From the NCBI GenBank assembly GCA_905234755.1, contig CAJOIT010000003.1:895139-959138 (forward strand): DNA of 64,000 nt. The letters run 5' to 3'. This document shows positions 52,368-62,342 of the stretch, one piece after another. This stretch comes from an uncultured Bacteroidales bacterium. Its GTDB lineage: Bacteria > Bacteroidota > Bacteroidia > Bacteroidales > ML635J-15. A model generated the notes under the pieces. It was not told where the DNA came from. It worked only from the letters and a program-made list of their open reading frames with translations, and made no database searches. How positions within the stretch are numbered: the stretch's first letter is position 1; each line of letters begins with the position of its first letter. The translations under genes were made by a program, and so were the position numbers.

Positions 52368-52403
52368 AAAACGACAGCCGACTATCGCCGACTGCTGTAA
52401 ATC
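52368..52403 (-). terminator. Terminator hairpin, duplicate of 53369-53404
   Basis: 33/36 identical; minus strand cagtcggc-gata-gtcggctg then T-rich tract. Confidence 0.75.
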
Positions 52404-52430
52404 TAAAACTTTAGCACGCAAATATCTTTT

Positions 52431-53279
52431 TTATTCTTTTTCCTCTTCCGTTGTTTGACTTAATTGATTAAGGTATGTCTTTGCATTCAACGGTGACACC
52501 ACAGATTTTCCTAGTTCTTTTTCCAATTCCATCCTTGCGGAACGCGCCACATTGCCACCTTTCTGTGCGACTGTAACATTTTCTTCAAATGTTTGCGGAT
52601 TATGCGATTTCGACAAATCTGTTGTTGCGGTTTCTGCAAGCATATTCAGAATCAACTCCGTATTGGTCATATTATCACGCAGATTTTCCTTCTTTAGACC
52701 TTTATACTTCTTGTACTCCTTTGTTGTCTTACCACTCCAGGCTTTAGTTATTATATCTGTCAACGACGCGAACTGCAGACCTTCTTCCATTCCACACCGC
52801 TTCCATTCATCTGTAAGAATCTTTCTGACTTCTATTGATTTCAGTCGCTGATTAATCCAATTGTCCGAATACCCAAGACGCTTATAGTCGTGCATTGCCT
52901 GTTCAATGGATAGTTCAGGGTCTTGCAATTGTTCAATTCTATTGTTTGCGACCTTTGCCATCCACAATTTGAAAGGTTCGGCTTTGGGTGACGGAATAGA
53001 TTGTATGATACGGAAAACACCTTCAAGAGAAGCGGCTTGCACTTGTCTTGACTTGCCATCAGCAGCAACCATACGAAGGGGGGTACAAATTGTACCCCAG
53101 TTGGAATTGAGTGCAGGATCTCGCATCCTCATTTTCTTTATATATTGTTTTACATCAGCACTTTCCGTAAGCACTTCCACCACATCGGCTACAGAAAAAT
53201 ACCATTTTTCCTGCTCATCGTCCCAAACGGAACGAATTTTCTTTTCCTCGAATAACTGTACTGCCTGCTGTTTGGTCAT
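52431..53279 (-). CDS. Bro-N domain protein (phage antirepressor-like)
   Basis: IRSVWDDEQEKWYFSVADV, IQSIPSPKAEPFKLW, ENLRDNMT. Confidence 0.9.
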   Translation of the reverse strand: MTKQQAVQLFEEKKIRSVWDDEQEKWYFSVADVVEVLTESADVKQYIKKMRMRDPALNSNWGTICTPLRMVAADGKSRQVQAASLEGVFRIIQSIPSPKAEPFKLWMAKVANNRIEQLQDPELSIEQAMHDYKRLGYSDNWINQRLKSIEVRKILTDEWKRCGMEEGLQFASLTDIITKAWSGKTTKEYKKYKGLKKENLRDNMTNTELILNMLAETATTDLSKSHNPQTFEENVTVAQKGGNVARSARMELEKELGKSVVSPLNAKTYLNQLSQTTEEEKE

Positions 53280-53368
53280 AAATTCAAATTTCTACAAAAA
53301 TAAGCAAAACGAGAATATGATTTAACAGAAAACGACAAATATTTTCATTGTGATTCTCAAGGCACAAA

Positions 53369-53404
53369 AAAACGACAGCCGACCATCGTCGACTGCCGTA
53401 AATC
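53369..53404 (-). terminator. Hairpin/terminator after the 53428-56604 gene
   Basis: Minus strand cagtcgac-gatg-gtcggctg followed by T-run. Confidence 0.75.
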
Positions 53405-53427
53405 GTATTTTGTAATTCCATTTAGTA

Positions 53428-56400
53428 TTACGGTTCACAAACAGGACGAACAGAAAGTCCATAACAGCGACGACTGCGGTTTACGCTACAACCACCCGAA
53501 TAGAAATAAATATTCCAAGCACTATTTGGGGGAACAGTGTAGAGCGAACTCGAATAATATTCACCATAAGAGCCGGCTCCGATTAAACTGATATTGTTAT
53601 AGTAACCAGCAGCGGGCAGGAAGATAGAGTTGCCATTCTGTCCTGTAAACAAGCGTCCGTTTACACCATTCCGTGTTGTCCAAGACATCGTACAATTAGT
53701 TCTCAATTCCGCCATTTCCGTATCTGTAGGCATTCTCCAGCCTGCACCCCAGTTGGCAGTGGCGGCATCATCACATGCTTCGAGAAGTGTAAGAGTATCG
53801 GAAAAACTATTATTGCCGTATCTTGACTCGTTGCAGTACTTGGTAAGTTTTGGATCATCATCAGAAATTCCATTGGCATACATATATGCATCCCATGAAT
53901 ATTCATCTTTTGGAGAAGTCTCCCCCCATGCAAAATAATCGCCGTAATCTTCTGGATTTGTTGCACCAACATTGCAAGTTGCCCACTTGGTACCACTTGG
54001 CAAAGCCAAGTCAACCCATTCATATCCGTTTAGCATACCTGTAGGCTCTCCGACATTTTCTGTTGTAAACGACATCTCTTCACCATACGCAGTGTCTACA
54101 ATATTTGTTGCGTAAGTTCTATAATAATATGTAGTAACTGGATTTAACCTAATTGTTCTTGTAAAGGCTCCCGTACTATTACCACATTGCACAATTTCCG
54201 TAAGATTATCCGCACGGGTTCCATACATAAATCCGCGTGCAGTTACAAATGCACCGCCATTAGAGATTACATTACCGGAAAAGGTTGCGCCATAGGCTGT
54301 TATATTTGATACAGCGTTTGTGATTACAGTCGGCACAGAAATGGTAGTGCTATCATTATCATTACCGATATGACAAACAGGACGAACAGCCAATCCCCAA
54401 CTACGGCTTATAACTACCAAGGAACTATTTTCATAGTCTCCTACAAGTCCCCATGCTCCAGTAGGATTATTCGTACTGAGTGAACTTGACCAATAATATG
54501 CGACATTAGGATTTACCATATCATTTTCGTTATATGGTTCCGCGCATGGCAAAAAAATAGAATTACCATTGGGGCCGACATACATATTGCCAGGCATTCC
54601 GTTCTGAGTAGTCCATATTACCGTACAATTAGTATTTAATTCGTCGAATTCTGTGTTTGTCGGCATACGCCAAACAGAGCCCCAGTTTGCTGTAGCGGCA
54701 TCGTCGCTTGCTTCCAAAGTGTTAAGAGCATCGGTAAAACCATTATTACCATAACTTGAATTACTGCAGTATTTCGTTAATGTATTACTACTTCTATTGC
54801 AGTAGCGATAGGTTGTCCAGTTATAAACCTGATTCTTAGTAGATAATTCGCCCCATGCATAGTGGTTGCCAGCCTCTAGGGGCAGGGTTGCTCCCAGATT
54901 GCAGGTTGCCCAAAGCGTACCAGAAGGAAGGCCAAGGTCAACATATCCATGTTCATTCATATAACCAGAAGGTAATGATGCAGGAGGGGTTGCGTCCGTT
55001 TCAAATGACCATACTTGACCATACCCAGTTCCCACACTATTTGTTGCGTATGCCTTGAAATAATAGGTAGAACCAGAAGAAAGTCCCGTTAGTTCGGCTG
55101 TATAACTACCAGTCCCCGAACCACTTTGTATGCTATTATATAGACTATCTCGATGTGTACCATATAAAAATCCTCGCTCTGTTACCATGTCATTCCCGCC
55201 ATACGTAACATTAGCACTAATTGTTGCTGTATTATTTGTAACATTACTCAAATAATCTGTTGTTACTCTAGGAATTACCGGCTCACAGTCTGCAGAAATT
55301 GTTGCTTCCCAACCTGCTCTTGTTACACTTCCGTCGGAATGCCATACAATTGTCATTGCGCCACTATATGCAGTAACTGTTGATGGAATATTAGAACCAG
55401 TCGCATAATATATCAATCTTTGACCAGTAGCCTCATTATTATCATATACATCCATGTAATCTGAACTCCCAGTCTCAAAACTGGAGAAAGACAACGTTAT
55501 ACGCCCCTCAGATGTAAATGTTGCATTCATATTTTCACTATTCGAATACCCGCCATTAGATCCTCCAGAATCATAAAAGCCGAAAGCCTGCCCACATCCA
55601 ACATTTAAAACAAGTCCATCAACCATAATGACAGCGCTATCAGTCGTAAAAGACAATATTTCGCCGTAAGCAGTTCCCTCAATATTGGTAGCATAGGCCT
55701 TATAATAATAAGTAGCGCCTACTTCTAACGAGTTAATAACCGCAGAAAAAGATGTTGACATAGAACTAGAAACAACCTCATATTCAAGGCTATCTGGTGA
55801 ATGTCCATAATAAAATCCACTTGCAGTTATCTCCGCTCCACCATCATTTGTTATTAAAGCGTTAATCTTTGCAGATGTGAGAGAAATCTCTGTTGCTGCC
55901 AATGTTTCAACACTCGGCCTTAAATAATATGTAAACTGCAATATAACTTCCTGACTTATGTATAATGCCTGAGTTATAGTTCTACTTTCAACAACATTGC
56001 CGTCAATAGTTGCATAACCTACGTATTGAATAACGTCTCCTAAAACAAATTCATGATCAGAGTACAATTTTGCAGGTAGCCCTACATATCCACTATAATT
56101 TATACCATCATTGCCACCGCTTCCAACATTTACCATCCTTACAGAATAGGTATGTTCGCCGGCAATCGCCTTCAAGATATATGTCTGCGGTTTTGCTGCT
56201 GTAATTTCAAACTTATGCGAACCTGCATTCAGAGCGACATTCAATTCCGCGCATTGCTTTCCTGCGGCATCAAAAAGTTGCAACATAACATTTTCGTCAT
56301 GCGGAATTGCAAGTTCAACCGAAGTATGACAATCAAACGGATTAGGCACATTCTGTTCAAAGCCAACAGCAGACATTTCCGCATCAGATACATTTACTGT

Positions 56401-56604
56401 AGCATTTACCACAATCATAGTGTCGGGATAAACAACAGTTTCTGTCCAGCCACGTGTCGTGTTAGTAAACTTGACGCTATCCATCCGCAGATATCGAGAA
56501 TCGTTTAGCCGTCCTATAAAACGGACAGAGAAATTATCCGCCATCTGCCCCATCACTATAACTGACAACAAAACAAACAATACTATAGAGAATAATCTTT
56601 TCAT
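53428..56604 (-). CDS. Secreted multidomain protein: FN3-like repeats, CUB domain, two DUF1566/Fib_succ-like C-type-lectin-fold domains
   Basis: YYY.AYATN repeats, FYDSGG..Y.N CUB, two VDL.LPSGT.WATCN.GA...GL.VRPV domains; start MKRLF at 56604. Confidence 0.85.
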   Translation of the reverse strand: MKRLFSIVLFVLLSVIVMGQMADNFSVRFIGRLNDSRYLRMDSVKFTNTTRGWTETVVYPDTMIVVNATVNVSDAEMSAVGFEQNVPNPFDCHTSVELAIPHDENVMLQLFDAAGKQCAELNVALNAGSHKFEITAAKPQTYILKAIAGEHTYSVRMVNVGSGGNDGINYSGYVGLPAKLYSDHEFVLGDVIQYVGYATIDGNVVESRTITQALYISQEVILQFTYYLRPSVETLAATEISLTSAKINALITNDGGAEITASGFYYGHSPDSLEYEVVSSSMSTSFSAVINSLEVGATYYYKAYATNIEGTAYGEILSFTTDSAVIMVDGLVLNVGCGQAFGFYDSGGSNGGYSNSENMNATFTSEGRITLSFSSFETGSSDYMDVYDNNEATGQRLIYYATGSNIPSTVTAYSGAMTIVWHSDGSVTRAGWEATISADCEPVIPRVTTDYLSNVTNNTATISANVTYGGNDMVTERGFLYGTHRDSLYNSIQSGSGTGSYTAELTGLSSGSTYYFKAYATNSVGTGYGQVWSFETDATPPASLPSGYMNEHGYVDLGLPSGTLWATCNLGATLPLEAGNHYAWGELSTKNQVYNWTTYRYCNRSSNTLTKYCSNSSYGNNGFTDALNTLEASDDAATANWGSVWRMPTNTEFDELNTNCTVIWTTQNGMPGNMYVGPNGNSIFLPCAEPYNENDMVNPNVAYYWSSSLSTNNPTGAWGLVGDYENSSLVVISRSWGLAVRPVCHIGNDNDSTTISVPTVITNAVSNITAYGATFSGNVISNGGAFVTARGFMYGTRADNLTEIVQCGNSTGAFTRTIRLNPVTTYYYRTYATNIVDTAYGEEMSFTTENVGEPTGMLNGYEWVDLALPSGTKWATCNVGATNPEDYGDYFAWGETSPKDEYSWDAYMYANGISDDDPKLTKYCNESRYGNNSFSDTLTLLEACDDAATANWGAGWRMPTDTEMAELRTNCTMSWTTRNGVNGRLFTGQNGNSIFLPAAGYYNNISLIGAGSYGEYYSSSLYTVPPNSAWNIYFYSGGCSVNRSRRCYGLSVRPVCEP

Positions 56605-56758
56605 ATACATACAATATTTCATCTATAAATTTTATATAACGCGAAAAAGTTCAAATGGTTGCCTAAAATTAACAAAAAAATAATACCACATTACATTTTT
56701 TTTCATTGTTGTCATTGTTGTCTGGCTTTATGCGCATTATAAATGCTGACACTCAAAC

Positions 56759-56808
56759 CTTTCGGATTGCTGCCTCTAGCAGCGAGCTAAAGGTTGCAAA
56801 TCCGAAAG
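56759..56808. repeat. Modular REP-like hairpin, 1 module
   Basis: ctttcggattg[27]caaatccgaaag. Confidence 0.8.
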
Positions 56809-56861
56809 AACCAAGAATCGGAAATTAATCTAAAATCGTAAATCGTACCTCGTAAATCCCT

Positions 56862-58688
56862 TTAATCCACCTTATTCTCGTCATACCCCAACCTGCCTAC
56901 AAGCATCAAATTTTCGTAGGAATAGTTGACGCCAAGCTGACGAGGAATGTAAAGGGCATTAACAATAGTTTCGGCTGCAACATCCAGATTTATAAGATTT
57001 TCCTGTCGCGACTTTACCATAAACTTAAATACCGACTTGTCGGGCAACTGCGACACAAGGCCATCGTCCATAAAGCCCAAATGCAGGTAAACCGTTCTTA
57101 TGCCGTACTTCGACAACTCACCGCTTGCCGATGCCAGATAGCCATGAAATGCCCGCTTGGATGACGACCATTCGTTATAATTATCATCAAAATTCAAATC
57201 CTCGGCTCCATTACCGACTGCGAGTATGCAACCCGAAATCTTTCCGACAATGCCATTTATTATCTCAATAGGTGCATACAGGTTCACATCCATGCAGTTT
57301 TCACCAACAGATTCGGCAAGATTTACAAGATAATCAAACTTGATTTCCAGCGAGTTAACCTCATCAATATACTTGCGTACCGATACCTTGTCGCCAAAGT
57401 CGCACTCGAAAACCTTTGCTCCTACTCTTTTCAAAACATCTGCTTTTGAATTTCCTTGTAGCCAAAGACTTGCGCCACGCGAAGCAAGTTCAGCGACAAC
57501 CTTTTCGCCAAGTTTACCCGACGCGCCAAGCACAAGTACATTTTTGCCCTGCAACTCATTGTTATGCAATGAGTAAGATATGTTTTTTCTGTTATTATCG
57601 CGATGCAAGTAAGCAAAACCTCCATAATTTCCGCCCACACCTGCAGTTGCGCTCACAATTTTCGCTCCATCGTGCAGTTTTCCTTCTTCAGCAAGCAAAG
57701 CGAGTCCTAACGGGACGGTTGCTCCCGACACATTTCCATATAGGTTCTGCGCCTTCAGGAAAACTTTATCCATCGGGAAATTCAACTCGGCAGCCGCTTG
57801 CTTAACAATCACATTACCAGTCTGATGCGGAACAAACACATCAATATCGTCAATGCCCCAGCCGACATTAGACAGACATTCGCGCGATGCCTTTGGAATG
57901 TTTACGCAAGCCCTATCCTTGATTACGGAGTCGTCCATATACAAGTTCCAGTCATCATCAACGCCCACATAATCAAGCATTTTCAAATCCTGATAGTTGC
58001 AAATTGACAGAATTCCGAATTTCTCATCAGCTTGCACCCGTTCGACAATCACAGCAGCAGCAGCATCGCCAAAAGTCACGAAGGGAACGAACTTGGTACG
58101 CTTGTTCAAAAACGACGACATTGTTTCGGTGTGAGCCACAACAGCATACTTGGCTTCCTTGTGCAAACGGAAATACTCTATGCACTTCTGCAAGTTCTGG
58201 TTGAAACCTGCACATCCAGACATCAGCGAAAATGCTGGAGTATAGTTCTTTGCATCGGTGAAAAACGACTTCACGGAACCTGCAATACCAGGTGCCTGCT
58301 GATGTGGCGAAACTGTGCTTAAAAACCACGCATCAATGTCGGAAGCCTGCACTTTTGCATCTATCATGGCATTTTTCACTGCCTTTACCGCCAGTTCGAG
58401 CGAAGATTCCACCTGCATGCGATTCACACGCGGAGGAAACGGACGGACATAATGCCTTTCGTAGAAGCCCATTATATTGCCGGCAAAATAGTCGAACGGA
58501 GTATCGTTTGGATGAGTTTCGCGGTACTGCGCAAACTTTGTGCTTGCGTTTATCTTGTCTTCGGCGAAACCTTCGAAATAGCCCTTTTTCAAGGCATCGT
58601 AAATGTCGTTGTTGGTAATCGTGAACCTTCCAGCCGAATAGCCGAAGCCAGAGAATATGTAGTTTTCAAACATCTTATACAAACTCAT
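56862..58688 (-). CDS. KAS III (FabH-like)-SDR fusion B
   Basis: SGCAGF, FGDAAAA, PHQ, GNVSG; SDR GASGKLG with WSSSK instead of YxxxK. Confidence 0.85.
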   Translation of the reverse strand: MSLYKMFENYIFSGFGYSAGRFTITNNDIYDALKKGYFEGFAEDKINASTKFAQYRETHPNDTPFDYFAGNIMGFYERHYVRPFPPRVNRMQVESSLELAVKAVKNAMIDAKVQASDIDAWFLSTVSPHQQAPGIAGSVKSFFTDAKNYTPAFSLMSGCAGFNQNLQKCIEYFRLHKEAKYAVVAHTETMSSFLNKRTKFVPFVTFGDAAAAVIVERVQADEKFGILSICNYQDLKMLDYVGVDDDWNLYMDDSVIKDRACVNIPKASRECLSNVGWGIDDIDVFVPHQTGNVIVKQAAAELNFPMDKVFLKAQNLYGNVSGATVPLGLALLAEEGKLHDGAKIVSATAGVGGNYGGFAYLHRDNNRKNISYSLHNNELQGKNVLVLGASGKLGEKVVAELASRGASLWLQGNSKADVLKRVGAKVFECDFGDKVSVRKYIDEVNSLEIKFDYLVNLAESVGENCMDVNLYAPIEIINGIVGKISGCILAVGNGAEDLNFDDNYNEWSSSKRAFHGYLASASGELSKYGIRTVYLHLGFMDDGLVSQLPDKSVFKFMVKSRQENLINLDVAAETIVNALYIPRQLGVNYSYENLMLVGRLGYDENKVD

Positions 58689-58713
58689 TTAGTGTGAACA
58701 ATAAAAAAGGGTA

Positions 58714-58870
58714 GTCATTTCGGAAGCCTGACGGAACACGCGATACAGAATGGGGAGCGTTGTGAAGACGGCTATCCGTAATCTCCTTATCAGTAACAAT
58801 TGGAGATTCCGCATAAGCGAACTCACAAGGCTCGTTCCTGCGCCTGTTCGTTCTGCTTTGTGGAATGACG
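58714..58870. repeat. Palindromic REP/MITE-like element, copy C
   Basis: Reverse-complement homolog of 15961-16120 with different central loop. Confidence 0.8.
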
Positions 58871-58916
58871 GCAAGGAAAGGCAATGCGGAAATATCTTGT
58901 TGCATAAAAGTCATAA

Positions 58917-60776
58917 TCAATAGTTTAGATAGACATCTTTTATCACGGTCAGGTTTTCCTCCGACGAAATGCGGACATTCGGCACCTTAATTCGGCAAAC
59001 CGACAAGACCATTCTTTCGGCAATCTCATCGACATTGGTCAAAACCTTCTGGTTTACAGCCATCATTGAGGCCTGAATCTGCGATTCATCGAGTTTCGAC
59101 ACCATTCCCGCACCGATAAGTCCCGGAAGATAATATATGCACTTGACACCATTTGCGTAAACCTTTCCTGCATACGAACGGGCAAAACCGCGCAAAGCAC
59201 GCTTCGACACAACATAAGGTGCAGAACCAGCAAACTGGGCATCCTCTCCTACAGAACCCGTTATCAGCACGGCACGGCGGACATAATCGGACATGCTTTC
59301 GCACAAATATTTTATCGACTCGTAGTTTATTCTAGCCACATCCTCAAATTCGGAAATACCAACCTTTGTAGCACGAGCAAGTCCGCCTGTTACAGCATGA
59401 GTATTAACGAGATAATCAACCTTGCCAAATTTATTTGCTATGCGCGACACCAAAGCATCAACTTGATTTTTGTCGGTCAAATTAACCTTATCGACCGATA
59501 CGCGCACATTACATTCTGCAGAAATACGGTCTTTCAAGTTGTTGATTACCTCATCGTTGGAGTTGTAAAGAAGTATCAGTTCTGCACCTTTTCGTGCAGC
59601 CGACAAAGCAATCTGACGACCTATGCCGCCCGATGCGCCTGTGAGCATAAGTGTTCTGCCTTCGAGTTCGCGCGATGGCGAAAATTTGAATTCACGCGGA
59701 GGCATTATGTATGCAAAACCGCCAAATTCACCGCCAAGACCTGCCACAGCCGTCAAAACCTTGTCGTTTGGCTTTAATCTTCCTTCCGACATAAGTACAT
59801 CGAAACAAGCAGGAACCGATGCTCCGGAGAGATTTCCGAAATTCACCTGCACATCCTGATAAACCATTGACTTGTCGATGCCAAGGTTCTCTGCCACAGA
59901 ATGTACGATTGCATTTCCAGTCTGGTGAGGAATGAAAATAGCGAGGTCGTTTATAGTCCAACCGCACTGCTCGAGCAGTTTTTGAGCAGTATATGTAATG
60001 TTCGGAACGGCACGGCTTTTCACCATACGAGGTTCCATGAACAAATTTCCAGAATGGTCGGCGCCAAGGAAATCAAGCATAGCAATGTCCTCGTTGTTTC
60101 GCACTGCAACAATGCCGCACTTTTCATCGGTATGCACCCTGCTAATAACAACTGCGGCCGACGAATCGCCAAAAGTCGTAAACGGAACAAAGTCGCGTTC
60201 TTCGAGCAAAAGTTCCGACATAACCTCGGAATGTGCCACAACAATATGATTTGCAGTCGGATGCGAATTGAAATAAGCAAGAGCCGCCTCAATATTTGAA
60301 TTGAAACCTACGCAAGCCGAGGTAAGCGAGAACGATGGCGACTGGTTTTCCTCGGAACAAAAATACGACTTCACAAACTCGGCAATTCCGGGTGCCTTTT
60401 GCGGAGCCGTTGCCGATCCAACAAACCAAGCGTCAATGTCATTGCCTGAAAGACCGCTTTTTGCAAGCGCCTTCTCTACAGCGCCAACGCACAAAGTGAT
60501 TGTATTGTCGGCATTTTTGTACTGCGATGCAGCGGGCGGAAACGGTACAACGTGGTAGCGCGTGCGGAAACCCATTTTTGCATCGGCCATATAGTCGAAG
60601 GCAGTTGCGCTGGGATTTTTCTCCCTATATGCCTCATACTTCTCCGACTTGGCAGCACGTGACTCGTTAAAACCGTCAAGATAACCGAGACGGATGTATT
60701 TAAGTATGTCAGCGTTTGTAACTTCGTACTTGCCAAGCACAAAGCCAGTTCCAGAAAATATAAAACTTTCAGCCAT
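58917..60776 (-). CDS. KAS III (FabH-like)-SDR fusion A
   Basis: SACVGF, FGDSSAA, PHQ, GNLSG; SDR TGASGGIG, YVVSK. Confidence 0.85.
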   Translation of the reverse strand: MAESFIFSGTGFVLGKYEVTNADILKYIRLGYLDGFNESRAAKSEKYEAYREKNPSATAFDYMADAKMGFRTRYHVVPFPPAASQYKNADNTITLCVGAVEKALAKSGLSGNDIDAWFVGSATAPQKAPGIAEFVKSYFCSEENQSPSFSLTSACVGFNSNIEAALAYFNSHPTANHIVVAHSEVMSELLLEERDFVPFTTFGDSSAAVVISRVHTDEKCGIVAVRNNEDIAMLDFLGADHSGNLFMEPRMVKSRAVPNITYTAQKLLEQCGWTINDLAIFIPHQTGNAIVHSVAENLGIDKSMVYQDVQVNFGNLSGASVPACFDVLMSEGRLKPNDKVLTAVAGLGGEFGGFAYIMPPREFKFSPSRELEGRTLMLTGASGGIGRQIALSAARKGAELILLYNSNDEVINNLKDRISAECNVRVSVDKVNLTDKNQVDALVSRIANKFGKVDYLVNTHAVTGGLARATKVGISEFEDVARINYESIKYLCESMSDYVRRAVLITGSVGEDAQFAGSAPYVVSKRALRGFARSYAGKVYANGVKCIYYLPGLIGAGMVSKLDESQIQASMMAVNQKVLTNVDEIAERMVLSVCRIKVPNVRISSEENLTVIKDVYLNY

Positions 60777-61498
60777 TATTTCTTGGCTTTCTTTGTTTTC
60801 TCAGTATCAACGGCAGGAGTCTCAGCCTCTTTAGGCTCGTCCTTGAGAACCGTCATCTTTATAATCTTCACATCCTCTACAGGACGGTCGCCTGGGGCAG
60901 TCTGCACGGCAGCAATCTTATCTACAACGCCAAGACCTTCAACGACTTCGCCAAAAACTGTGTATTGGTTGTCGAGATGTGGAGTTCCACCGATAGTTGC
61001 GTATGCATCGCGTTCCTTCTTCGTGAAAGTTTTGCCCAATGCCTTCTCAAACTGGTCGAGTTTCATATCGGTATAAGTCTGACCCTGAACAATGTAGAAC
61101 TGCGAGCCAGAACTTTCACGCTTAGGATTTACATTATCGCCAGTGCGAGCGGCAGCAAGAGCGCCTTTCTTGTGGAAATGCGTAGGATAAACGATTTCGG
61201 CAGGAATTGTGTAACCCGGTCCGCCATTACCAAGACGAACATTCGGAGCAGCATTTTTCGACATCGGGTCACCACCCTGAATCATGAAGTTATTTATAAC
61301 ACGATGGAACAACAAGTCATTGTAGAAACCGCTTTCGGCAAGTTTTACAAAATTGTCGCGATGCAATGGAGTATCATCGTAAAGCATCACTGTCATATTT
61401 CCCTTAGTTGTTTCAATCAACACCTTGGTCGATTGTGCAAATGCCATTGCAGAAACGAGTGCAAGAGCAACGATAATTGATATTTTCTTCATAATCAA
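60776..61498 (-). CDS. Cyclophilin-type peptidyl-prolyl isomerase
   Basis: FHRVINNFMIQGGDP, SSGSQFYIV, TVFGEV. Confidence 0.93.
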   Translation of the reverse strand: MIMKKISIIVALALVSAMAFAQSTKVLIETTKGNMTVMLYDDTPLHRDNFVKLAESGFYNDLLFHRVINNFMIQGGDPMSKNAAPNVRLGNGGPGYTIPAEIVYPTHFHKKGALAAARTGDNVNPKRESSGSQFYIVQGQTYTDMKLDQFEKALGKTFTKKERDAYATIGGTPHLDNQYTVFGEVVEGLGVVDKIAAVQTAPGDRPVEDVKIIKMTVLKDEPKEAETPAVDTEKTKKAKK

Positions 61499-61625
61499 CT
61501 TTTTATAGTTTTCTAATCAAAAGTGCGAAATGCAAAATTAATAAATTTGGCAAAAACCGCAAAGGGGATTAGCAAAGAGCGAGCCAAAAAGAAATTATAT
61601 ACAGTAGTAATTCTTTGTAATCGCC

Positions 61626-62318
61626 TTATTTTTTCTTGGACTTCTTGGTTTTCTTTCCAGAATCATCCTTAATAATCTTCATATTCAATATCCTGACATC
61701 GACTACAGGACGGTCGTCCTTGTTTGTTTCTACTGCTGCAATCTCGTTTACGACATCCATTCCATCCAAAACTTCACCAAATACTGTATATTGAGTATCG
61801 AGATGCGGAGTTCCGCCAATGGTCTTGTAGTATTCACGGATTTCGGCAGGCATCTTTATTCCCAAATGCGCCTCGTACTTGTCGAGTTTTTCATCGGTAA
61901 AAGTCCTTCCCTGAACAATGTAGAACTGCGAGCCGGAACTTCTGCGCTCGGGATTTTCGTCATCGCTAGTACGCGCGGCAGCAAGAGCGCCCTTCTTGTG
62001 GTAATATTTCGGATAAACAAATTCGGCCGGTATAGTGTAATCGGTATCAGCATCACCCAGAAGGACATCCGGCGTAGCATTCTTGGATGTAGGATCTCCC
62101 GCCTGAATCATAAAGTCCTTTATCACACGATGAAACAATATGCTATCGTAGAAATTGCTTTCGACAAGCTTTATGAAATTGTCGCGATGCAAGGGCGTCT
62201 CATCGTACAACATTACGGTAATATTTCCCTTTGTTGTTTCAATCAACACCTTAGTCGACTGCGCAAAAGCCATTGCCGACACAAGCAACAAAGCCAATAC
62301 AAATGAAAATTTCCTCAT
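61626..62318 (-). CDS. Cyclophilin-type peptidyl-prolyl isomerase (tandem paralog)
   Basis: FHRVIKDFMIQAGDP, SSGSQFYIV. Confidence 0.93.
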   Translation of the reverse strand: MRKFSFVLALLLVSAMAFAQSTKVLIETTKGNITVMLYDETPLHRDNFIKLVESNFYDSILFHRVIKDFMIQAGDPTSKNATPDVLLGDADTDYTIPAEFVYPKYYHKKGALAAARTSDDENPERRSSGSQFYIVQGRTFTDEKLDKYEAHLGIKMPAEIREYYKTIGGTPHLDTQYTVFGEVLDGMDVVNEIAAVETNKDDRPVVDVRILNMKIIKDDSGKKTKKSKKK

Positions 62319-62342
62319 AATATTTAATGCAAATTAATATAT

